In this document: positions 43,751-51,521 of the stretch, piece after piece
Position numbering within the stretch: the first letter of the stretch is position 1
Layout of the letters: each line of letters starts with the position of its first letter
Virus record (IMG/VR): IMGVR_UViG_3300036939_000074
Strand: one strand, 5' to 3'
Length of the DNA: 64,000 nt
Source: a virus
Made by a program: the position numbers and the translations under genes
The notes under the pieces: model-generated
Databases searched by the model: none
Seen by the model: only the letters and a program-made list of their open reading frames with translations
Told to the model about the DNA's origin: nothing

Positions 43751-45514
43751 TTATTGGTCAAGAGCATATAAGCCAAACAACAGATGGTCACGGTCTTGCT
43801 TGGCTTGCAGACTCAAAGATTGCCAACTGGTTAATGTCTCAGTTGCCGTCGAAATGATTTCAGAATTTCCCTCGTATAATTTAGCGCTATAGGGGCTTCT
43901 AAAATCTGATGGCCGAGCTTTTTCATAATCTCTATAAGCTGGATTGTTGGTCAGATATTTTAGTTGTACCTCTTCATTCGAGATTGCTCTATCTTTTGCG
44001 TAATTATGAGTTATTGCTGAATTATTTAGCTTAACTTCTAATACATGACCTAATTCGTGAAACATTACTGTCTTGGGGTCATGAGCAAAGCCCGTATGAA
44101 TAAAAGATTCTCCAGCTCCAGGTATATTAAAAAAATTGTCTTGATAACCTCTGTTTTGACCAATATCCTTCGTGGGGTCATCTGGTGCGACAAAACCCAC
44201 CCGCACATCTAATTCTTGCTTGGTCAATCTACCAAATAGTTGAGCAGCTTCCGTACAGTCTTGAACTCGCTGAACTACTTTTGGGTCTTCTGTTTCTAGA
44301 TGCTTCCCTGCTTTTTTAAGTAATAGAAACTCAATATATCTACTTTCAAACGGACTAAGTTGACGAATCTCAGATTCTGATTTTCCTTTATCGATCAACG
44401 AAATCACCGCTTGATACTCACGTTCTACTTTTTGTGAGTTTTTAAAATCCACTGATTCTAGTAATTGATCGATAGCAGCCCCGTAACGGAGTTCACTCTT
44501 AATAACCCCCTCGTGCCACCCAATCGAATCCTTGTCATCTTTAGATTTTTTGGGGTTTTGACGTAATGCCGTGAGTTCTAGAACCCGCTCCCTTAAAGCG
44601 TGTTTATTAAATGCTTCCCGGTTAGCCATTTGTCGATTAAGCGCTTGCCGCACAGCATCCGGGTCTATTTTTGATGTTTTAAGGGCTTCAGCCACTTTTT
44701 CGGCTAACTTAGAGCTAACTCCAAGACTCAAACTGATGGCTTTTTGAGTTGGAGTTTCCTCAGCGGCGGGAGTTTCCATCTCGTTAATTTGTTGCTCTAA
44801 CTCTTGGCTGATTTTTTTGAATCGATCGTCTTGTGTTCCCGTTTCGGCGAGCTTATCGAATAGAGCTTTTATCCGATTGGCTCCGTGGTACGCTCCGATG
44901 ACTCCTAAAGCCGCACTTCCGGCTACAAGTACCCTTAATCCTGCAAGCTCAGCTGGAGCTGAACTCAGAACTATTGCCCCTAAAACAGCGATCGCAGATT
45001 CTTCGGCAAGTGCTCCAGCAAATTTCGCTGCCGATAATGGGTCAATCGCCGCGCCCTTGGCTACATCTGGAAATTTTTTAACGGTTTGGGCGATGTCATT
45101 AGTAGCCCATTTCAATTTCATTTCCGATTGGGTTACGACATCAGGCAGGGAAGATGCAGCAGAACGATAAGCATCCCCAGCACCCTTGCCCAATAATTTT
45201 TCTAACTGCGACGCGAGATTGTTATTAAAGTCTGTAACGGGTTTGGATTGCAATGCACTCTTAAGTTTTGAGGCATTTTCGCTGATGACCTTATTAACTG
45301 AGTTCTGTAAATCCTCAACCTGACTGACGAAGTTATTCTTGGGTGATTCGGTTGTACCAGGGGATGCAAACTGCCCTCCAGGCCCCCGGGTCACCGTAAT
45401 ATCTTTGCCATCTCCAGTTTTGTGCTGCGTCTCAAAACTGCCGTTGTGTTTCTGGGCTTGCACCAGGAGCGCCAGCTTTAGAGCTTCTGCACATACTCGA
45501 ACCTGGTCACTCAT
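43751..45514 (-). CDS. Leader-family protein 3 with C-terminal HExxH zinc-metallopeptidase-like domain
   Basis: AEALKLALLVQAQ...FETQH...ITVTRGPGGQFASPG; VMFHELGHVLE; SPYSAKLYEG-SEIIS. Confidence 0.75.
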   Translation of the reverse strand: MSDQVRVCAEALKLALLVQAQKHNGSFETQHKTGDGKDITVTRGPGGQFASPGTTESPKNNFVSQVEDLQNSVNKVISENASKLKSALQSKPVTDFNNNLASQLEKLLGKGAGDAYRSAASSLPDVVTQSEMKLKWATNDIAQTVKKFPDVAKGAAIDPLSAAKFAGALAEESAIAVLGAIVLSSAPAELAGLRVLVAGSAALGVIGAYHGANRIKALFDKLAETGTQDDRFKKISQELEQQINEMETPAAEETPTQKAISLSLGVSSKLAEKVAEALKTSKIDPDAVRQALNRQMANREAFNKHALRERVLELTALRQNPKKSKDDKDSIGWHEGVIKSELRYGAAIDQLLESVDFKNSQKVEREYQAVISLIDKGKSESEIRQLSPFESRYIEFLLLKKAGKHLETEDPKVVQRVQDCTEAAQLFGRLTKQELDVRVGFVAPDDPTKDIGQNRGYQDNFFNIPGAGESFIHTGFAHDPKTVMFHELGHVLEVKLNNSAITHNYAKDRAISNEEVQLKYLTNNPAYRDYEKARPSDFRSPYSAKLYEGNSEIISTATETLTSWQSLSLQAKQDRDHLLFGLYALDQ

Positions 45515-45555
45515 AAAAATTAAAATAATCTTTTACTGATCATAATGAGTGTCTC

Positions 45556-45570
45556 GCGCACTAAGTGCGC
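45556..45570. repeat. Dispersed palindrome copy 6
   Basis: Extends to gtctcgcgcactaagtgcgcgagac (45551-45575); about 42 bp upstream of the 45514 start. Confidence 0.9.
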
Positions 45571-45582
45571 GAGACCGAAAGG

Positions 45583-45939
45583 TTAACGAATTGCCCCTTC
45601 CGGTGGTGGCGGGTCTGGGAGCCGAAGCTTTGGCTCATCGTTTACTTTAATATTCCACGGTGAGGGAAATTGCTGTAGGACATATTCCACGTTGTTGAAA
45701 TCTGAGTAGCCCCACTTCCCCGACTTCAGGCCATCCATCAGTCTGCCATTGCTGCCAATTGCAGGTAGTCCGACATAGTAATAAATGAATTCGGTGACTT
45801 CCTTACTATCTTTATCCAAAAACAGCTCTATCTGAATTTGCGCTATCTGAGCCGTGGTTTCTAATTTGTCCCCTTGCATCGGGGTCAACGTAATTTCGCA
45901 AATTTTTTTTGAACCCAGTTTCACCGTGAAACCGCTCAT
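45583..45939 (-). CDS. Hypothetical protein
   Basis: 118-aa ORF with GAGGA upstream. Confidence 0.6.
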   Translation of the reverse strand: MSGFTVKLGSKKICEITLTPMQGDKLETTAQIAQIQIELFLDKDSKEVTEFIYYYVGLPAIGSNGRLMDGLKSGKWGYSDFNNVEYVLQQFPSPWNIKVNDEPKLRLPDPPPPEGAIR

Positions 45940-46018
45940 TCAGTAAGTCCTCTCATGATTCACTAATCCTGGCTAAGCTAAATATGATGTCAGTGTTCAT
46001 CCATCAATCTTATCAACC

Positions 46019-46522
46019 ATGAATCAACGAATTGAGCAGATCGTTGCGGGAGAAGTCCAAGTAGACATGGCCTATATCCCTACAGGAATCGAGACCCAAA
46101 CTGGTCGGTATGTACAAGAAAAAACCGAAGAGCTGATGTCTGACTCACACAAGGCGCTTTCAGCTGCCTTGGATAAACTTTACGAAATGACACCGACAGA
46201 TTGGGATATTGTGTTTGCTCTGGCGGGGAAAGTTCAATCGAATTTATTTCGATTATGGAAGTCTGCAACCTCATCTGTAAATTTAGACCCCGAAACCATG
46301 CTGCCACGAATTTATTTTATGGTTACGGAGGATGGACACCGCTCTAGGTACGTTCATTTATTTACTCCTGAGGAATGGCAGTTAGCGAAAAATTCGACTT
46401 ATGACAGCGATCGCTTAATCGAGCAAGTTGTAGAAAGTATAAGAGAGCAAGTTGTGGATAATTTAACGGCTCTTATTGACGGGGGTAAGTTCTATGACTG
46501 CAACCAGGAGGAAATCGATTAA
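46019..46522 (+). CDS. Hypothetical protein
   Basis: 167-aa ORF. Confidence 0.6.
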   Translation: MNQRIEQIVAGEVQVDMAYIPTGIETQTGRYVQEKTEELMSDSHKALSAALDKLYEMTPTDWDIVFALAGKVQSNLFRLWKSATSSVNLDPETMLPRIYFMVTEDGHRSRYVHLFTPEEWQLAKNSTYDSDRLIEQVVESIREQVVDNLTALIDGGKFYDCNQEEID

Positions 46523-46547
46523 TCCGATCCATTACGCTTGCACTCAA

Positions 46548-46573
46548 TAAAAAAGCCGTCCATTAGGACGGCT
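46548..46573. terminator. Terminator between convergent genes
   Basis: A-run followed by agccgtcc-atta-ggacggct. Confidence 0.6.
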
Positions 46574-46613
46574 GAGCAACGGCTGTGTAAGTTTTATTTA
46601 TGCGGGATGGGTT

Positions 46614-46823
46614 CTAGTCGTCAACGATTGCATAGTCTTCGTGACGAACAAACAAAACCTTGCCGTCAGGAGTTTTAACTTGCAAGGCGTTATCGCTAGC
46701 TGGTGTAATCTCTTCGCCAATTACGCTTCCTGATGGATAATCGCAATTGGGCTGATAACCCCTACCTGCATAGCGTAAAAACGCACCTTCTTGAGATAGA
46801 TTTACCGCAGCTTTGATGGCCAT
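46614..46823 (-). CDS. Small hypothetical protein
   Basis: 69-aa ORF with AAGGA upstream. Confidence 0.5.
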   Translation of the reverse strand: MAIKAAVNLSQEGAFLRYAGRGYQPNCDYPSGSVIGEEITPASDNALQVKTPDGKVLFVRHEDYAIVDD

Positions 46824-46850
46824 AATTTGTGAATCCTTTTCTAGGTTACT

Positions 46851-46930
46851 GGCTGTGCGCCAGCCCTGATAGGGATTACTTGGTGTCTTCGGGAGCGTAT
46901 GTATGAGTCGCCACTAACCTAATAGGAATT
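46851..46930 (-). CRISPR. Degenerate CRISPR-repeat-like unit(s), not a canonical array
   Basis: Minus strand ACACCAAGTAATCCCTATCAGGG (46864-46886) and AATTCCTATTAGG (46918-46930) resemble the AATCCCTAT(T/C)AGGGATTGAAAC core I recall from cyanobacterial type I-D repeats. Confidence 0.4.
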
Positions 46931-46967
46931 TCCCTCAACCAATAGGCATTATACACTTGATGGGCAA

Positions 46968-48137
46968 TTAAAGAAACCCCAATGTTTGCAGCGCTTTTTG
47001 GAGGTACTGCACATTAGAGGTGCTCTCCTTGGGTAGCACTTCGCAGACATACAAGGGATTGCCCATCGCCTTTAATCCGTGCCGCATCACAGAAGACTCT
47101 ATGGAGCCAAGCGGCTTAACATTGTGCATCCGAATCAGGACATTTAAAACACTCAGAATCCGCTCCGCATCTTCCTCTGTCCCTGACCCCTTGCATCCAA
47201 AATGCATCAGCCAGTCGGGGAATAGTTCAATTTCGTAAGCGTGAGTTATGGCATGAGGAACGACGGAGGGAGAGACTAATGCTTTCTTGCCCACAACGGC
47301 AATCTCACAAGCTTTTTTGATAGCCCAGAACATCGGCATTAACTGCATGGGCAGCTGTGACTCAATTGGAACATTTGAATAGACCCAAACTTTCTCATGT
47401 TTGTAATCGCTGCCAAACATAACAGCGCGAAGGGTCAACTCTTTTTGCCATTGAGGCAACACACAGGCTTTAAGCGCTGATGAACCCAATGACCGACGAT
47501 TGCTGTAACATTGCACCCTGTAGGGTGAACCCGAAGCAGAAGCAACAGACGCCGGCTTACCCGTGATTGCACAGACGGAACGTATCCCCTCGCCTCTTTT
47601 TGAGCGCTGTTTGGCATGAGTGTAGTTATTGAGTTCCTCCGTAAACGAGATATCTGCTGATATCTCTTTAGGTTTGGAGTTGAGATGGGGTTGAAGGTAA
47701 TCGGCCAGCTCAACCAATTTGGCTTTATCCAGCCCTTCGGCTTCCTCCACCTTGGCAAACAGCAGCCAGTAGCCCAATTTTAATCCGCCTGATTGAATTT
47801 CAAGTTCATCTGGGGATATCAGCGGGTACTTTTGGAGCAGCGCCTCTTCAAATACCTCTGCATTTGGGGCGAGGCTCCGCAGGAATATGGCAAAATCTGC
47901 GAAGCGATCGCACCAAATAGATGCGGGGATGCTTTGCCCTATCTTAGCTAAACGGGCTGGGGCGTAAGAGTTTTTGTAGGCCATCACTTTGGCAATGACC
48001 GACTCAATGACAGTTGTTAGGGGAAGTTCACAGAACGACTCAGGAGCTGTTAAGCCTTTCCCATGACGCTCAATCGCGTCTGAAATAACAATCGCTTGCT
48101 GTTGTTCGCTTAAAAATTCAGTTAGTAGGGCAAACAT
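46968..48137 (-). CDS. cas10d: Truncated Cas10d/Csc3 (type I-D large subunit) homolog lacking the HD domain
   Basis: Collinear motifs ERHGKGL, CDRFADF, EIQSGG...GYW, FTEELNNY..AK...CAIT, QCYSNR..LG...W..ELTLR, GKKALVSPSVVP match the middle of cyanobacterial Cas10d as I recall it. Confidence 0.78.
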   Translation of the reverse strand: MFALLTEFLSEQQQAIVISDAIERHGKGLTAPESFCELPLTTVIESVIAKVMAYKNSYAPARLAKIGQSIPASIWCDRFADFAIFLRSLAPNAEVFEEALLQKYPLISPDELEIQSGGLKLGYWLLFAKVEEAEGLDKAKLVELADYLQPHLNSKPKEISADISFTEELNNYTHAKQRSKRGEGIRSVCAITGKPASVASASGSPYRVQCYSNRRSLGSSALKACVLPQWQKELTLRAVMFGSDYKHEKVWVYSNVPIESQLPMQLMPMFWAIKKACEIAVVGKKALVSPSVVPHAITHAYEIELFPDWLMHFGCKGSGTEEDAERILSVLNVLIRMHNVKPLGSIESSVMRHGLKAMGNPLYVCEVLPKESTSNVQYLQKALQTLGFL

Positions 48138-48727
48138 AGACCCTCCAGCTGATGGTAGGCGAGTTTGTAGCGATCGCTTAGGTGGGTCTCGACTTCTTGC
48201 AGTAGTTCTTTTTCAAACTCACCGACAACAGCTTCTAGCTCCTGGCGGTGAGTTTCATACAGCTGACCGACCAAGACTTGGTCGGGGATTTCCAAAAACA
48301 ACTCTAAAGTGTAAACCCGCAAGTCTTGGGTTTGAGCCTTCATGCCCTTGGCATTGTAGACAAGTTGCCTCATATTGTCCTCGCCCGGATCAACGTCACC
48401 TGGGGCAATGATGGCAAAACCAATGCCGTGCTGGACAAACAAACTGGCGAGCTGGGGGCAAAACAGCTCAATTTTTTGCGTGAGATGGTTAAAGGATTTA
48501 TCGGGATACTCCGACCATGCAATCGCCGTCAACAACCGAGACTTAAACCCTAATAGGTCAAAGATTTCGCCATAATAGGACTCGGATAATTCAATTAATT
48601 CAACCATGCCCGCCATGTTGGATTTTTCTACAATACTGCGGAGTAAACGAACATCTTTTTGCAAGTCTCGGTTTTTTTGCCGAGCCGCAAGGAGGGCTAG
48701 TTTCAAACCATTAGTTTTATCTGACAT
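48122..48727 (-). CDS. Hypothetical protein, overlapping both neighbours
   Basis: 201-aa ORF with short overlaps on each side. Confidence 0.65.
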   Translation of the reverse strand: MSDKTNGLKLALLAARQKNRDLQKDVRLLRSIVEKSNMAGMVELIELSESYYGEIFDLLGFKSRLLTAIAWSEYPDKSFNHLTQKIELFCPQLASLFVQHGIGFAIIAPGDVDPGEDNMRQLVYNAKGMKAQTQDLRVYTLELFLEIPDQVLVGQLYETHRQELEAVVGEFEKELLQEVETHLSDRYKLAYHQLEGLCLPY

Positions 48728-49052
48728 ACAAAAATTCCTGTTCTACTCGCTGCCAAAATCCAGGGTTCTCATTGCAGGCGGGTTGATAGGTAGCGCTCTC
48801 TTCACAAAGCGCCAAGCCGATACCCTGCCCTTGATACTCACTCTTGACTTCAATCGCCACGCACAAAAAGTCTCTGTCGCGGGTCAAGAAGCCGACGATG
48901 GGCATATCCTCTCGGCTCTCATCTACGGCTAGCCAACAGCGAGCAATGTTGGTCTCATCCCAGTCGTCCCACCAAAGGTCAAAACCATTCAGCTCACTCA
49001 GCCACGGCTGAAGCTCTGCGTATTCGTACTCAACAATACTGATATTTTTCAT
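48717..49052 (-). CDS. Minimal GNAT-family acetyltransferase
   Basis: IEVKSEYQGQGIGLAL (acetyl-CoA motif A), NENPGFW. Confidence 0.7.
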   Translation of the reverse strand: MKNISIVEYEYAELQPWLSELNGFDLWWDDWDETNIARCWLAVDESREDMPIVGFLTRDRDFLCVAIEVKSEYQGQGIGLALCEESATYQPACNENPGFWQRVEQEFLYVR

Positions 49053-49346
49053 CTTCCAGAACGCCCGTTATAGTCGGCGGCACTCGTTGAGAATTGGAAT
49101 CGCCCGTTAGGAGTCGGCGGCACTGCACAAAAATCAGAATAACATATTGCAATGCATTTTTTCTGTGCGCCTGTAAAGTCCTTACTGTGTAATGCTTGTG
49201 CTTGATTGAACCGGATTTTTGTGCGGTTGTTAATTCGTTTGAATAAAGCGCATAGCAAAAACCCTTGGGAGCAAAGTACCATCAAAATAGCAAAAACCCT
49301 TTGTAAGAAAGCTTTTGACCCTTGGGGGAGACAAAGAGGGCTTGAT

Positions 49347-50198
49347 TTAATAACCCCATTCGTCTTCTGGGTAACCTGTCGGTGGTTCCACATCGGTGAC
49401 GCCATTGCATATATCCGGATCTTCTTCCAATCCCCCACAAACTAAGTAAAGAGCTTTCATGAGTGGTATAGCTGCTCTTTCTTCCTGAGTTAGCGGCTGG
49501 GCTTTCCCCATCGCATTAGGGTCATAGTTAAGTTGGCCCTGAACAACAGCGATGTGAGAATGAAACCTCGCGACTTCACCTTCAATATCAAATTCATAGG
49601 CATAGACTTGATGAGTGGAAGATACTTCATAGTACTCAGGATTTTGCCACTCTCCTGTCATATCCCGCTCGAAGTGCAACGCATCCCAATCAATCCACGT
49701 CCTAGTTTTTTGATGGGCTAGCACGGCTGACGTGATTAGGGTTCTATTCTTTTTAATCCATTGGTCTTTTAAACTGTAAATGAGTGAAACGGTTTTCTGG
49801 TTGCCGTGTGAGGCAAATTTGTATTTAGGAAAGGATTTAGCGTATCGATTCAAGTATCGAATTAAGTGTAATAGTGCTTTGGCTTCAGAGGAAAACTCTT
49901 GGCTGTATTCTTTAAATTGGGTAACAGCGAGTTGAATCCTATTCCTCCTTTCCAGTTCTTGCTGTTCTATTGCCTGTTTCTTCCTTAATCGCTTTATTGC
50001 GTTGTAGCCCGGTATATCTTTCAGCCGCTTCACCCTGATAGCGTGATGCTCTTTTCGTAAACTCTCTATAAGAGGAATTGCCAGCTCTCTAGTCCCTGTC
50101 TTGATTTGAAGCAAAATGTTTAAATCTGTGGCGGTTTCATTGACTTCCATCAGTCTGACATAGCCATCGAAAAAACCAATGTATTTGGAGCGTTCCAT
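49347..50198 (-). CDS. Hypothetical protein
   Basis: 283-aa ORF. Confidence 0.65.
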   Translation of the reverse strand: MERSKYIGFFDGYVRLMEVNETATDLNILLQIKTGTRELAIPLIESLRKEHHAIRVKRLKDIPGYNAIKRLRKKQAIEQQELERRNRIQLAVTQFKEYSQEFSSEAKALLHLIRYLNRYAKSFPKYKFASHGNQKTVSLIYSLKDQWIKKNRTLITSAVLAHQKTRTWIDWDALHFERDMTGEWQNPEYYEVSSTHQVYAYEFDIEGEVARFHSHIAVVQGQLNYDPNAMGKAQPLTQEERAAIPLMKALYLVCGGLEEDPDICNGVTDVEPPTGYPEDEWGY

Positions 50199-50200
50199 TT

Positions 50201-50938
50201 TTAGTTACCGACCAACACTTCTTCTTTGTTGAGGGGGCAAGGCGCTTCTAGGTATGTTTTTAACCGGGTGTAAGCTGCATTAACTTCTGTAAACTTTGCA
50301 GCATTACCGCCTCGGTCGGGATGATGTTTGAGGGACATTCTTCGGTAAGCTGTTTTTAGCTCTGCGAGGGTGTACTGCTGCCGAGACAAGCCTAGAGTTT
50401 GGTAGTCGGCGTGCGCGCCCAGCCTTGGTGCTTGGTTCTTTTGATGATTGTGGTTGCTACTTCCTGATTTTTGGCTGTAATGATCGCCTTGGTGATTACT
50501 ACTTCCTGATTTTTGGTTATTTTTGCGCTTACTTCCGGGGGTTGCTGGCGGCTTTTTCCCCCAGTATGTGCGACTCTCCATAATTACCTTTTCCGTGGCG
50601 TCCGAGGGTGTTTTGCACCAACGAGTCCAAAGCCGCTTATCATCCAATGTCGGGTGCAGATTCCAGTGACTGATTTCCCCAACACGGATAATACATGTCC
50701 AATCACGACCAACACAAAAGATGAATCCGCGTCTCATCTTTTCTGGTTTGGTCGTGTCAAACACTTCATACAGATACTCAGGGGTTTTGGAGTAATTTGC
50801 CCAAAAGCGGGTTTTGATGTCGTTAACAGTTTCCTCATGGCAAGGATGCACAGGTTCACCATGAATTGCAATCAGCCGTATCTCAGCTCTGTAGCCTTGA
50901 CGGGCATAGTACATCGTTTCCTTCAAATTTTTTCTCAT
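50201..50938 (-). CDS. Protein with C-terminal DnaJ (J) domain
   Basis: YQTLGL...LKTAYRRMSLKHHPDRGG...F-EVNAAY--L. Confidence 0.85.
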   Translation of the reverse strand: MRKNLKETMYYARQGYRAEIRLIAIHGEPVHPCHEETVNDIKTRFWANYSKTPEYLYEVFDTTKPEKMRRGFIFCVGRDWTCIIRVGEISHWNLHPTLDDKRLWTRWCKTPSDATEKVIMESRTYWGKKPPATPGSKRKNNQKSGSSNHQGDHYSQKSGSSNHNHQKNQAPRLGAHADYQTLGLSRQQYTLAELKTAYRRMSLKHHPDRGGNAAKFTEVNAAYTRLKTYLEAPCPLNKEEVLVGN

Positions 50939-50940
50939 CT

Positions 50941-51312
50941 CTATCCCCGGCTTAACACAGACATGATGTACTGATTCAAGCTCACATTTTCCGCCCTGGC
51001 TTTTTCGGTCAGACGACGATGCAAACTTTTAGGTATCCGTACAAGCAACCTACCACTGTAGGTATCGTCGGTACTGGGTAAGGGAATGTCATCTCCATTT
51101 TCGTAGGCAGTCTCAACCCACAGCTGCCTTGCCTCATTGATGTTTGCGATCGCTTCATCTAACGTTTCAGCTTGGGTGAGGCATCCCTGTAGCTCCTTGA
51201 TTTCGACCACATACCCTGATTCCGGGTCGGGATAAAGCGTAATTGGGTATTTCACCTCCAAGTAATATGCCAATGGCTTTCTGCTGTCTTGGTTCATCTT
51301 TTTACGACTCAA
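50941..51312 (-). CDS. hicB: HicB family antitoxin (orphan)
   Basis: GYVVEIKELQGCLTQAETLDEAI...IPLP; YSGRLLVRIPKSLHRRL...ENVSLNQY RHH domain. Confidence 0.9.
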   Translation of the reverse strand: MSRKKMNQDSRKPLAYYLEVKYPITLYPDPESGYVVEIKELQGCLTQAETLDEAIANINEARQLWVETAYENGDDIPLPSTDDTYSGRLLVRIPKSLHRRLTEKARAENVSLNQYIMSVLSRG

Positions 51313-51331
51313 TGTTTTTCTCGTTGGTCAA

Positions 51332-51351
51332 TAGTATCGCATATGATACTA
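51332..51351. promoter_or_regulatory. Inverted repeat upstream of hicB (candidate operator)
   Basis: tagtatc-gcatat-gatacta. Confidence 0.5.
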
Positions 51352-51432
51352 CTTCCGGAATTATTTGCCGGAAAAATTGATGAACCAATAAGGTCAATTT
51401 TGGGAACCATTGGTTCCCGGTTAGGTCTGTTG

Positions 51433-51447
51433 GCGCACTAAGTGCGC
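51433..51447. repeat. Dispersed palindrome copy 7
   Basis: Extends to ttggcgcactaagtgcgccaa (51430-51450). Confidence 0.9.
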
Positions 51448-51521
51448 CAATTTGCTTACAAGGGTCAAGACCTTTCTCCTCAACGGTTTCAAGAATTTTA
51501 AGGGTGCTGTACTTACAAGGG

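Noticed and set aside
46800-49200. Functional CRISPR-Cas locus or canonical array
   Set aside because: No run of regularly spaced identical repeats and no other recognisable cas genes; reported only as degenerate units
49049-49438. 129-aa ORF
   Set aside because: Overlaps 49347-50198 by 92 bp, has no recognisable motif, and covers a probable regulatory repeat
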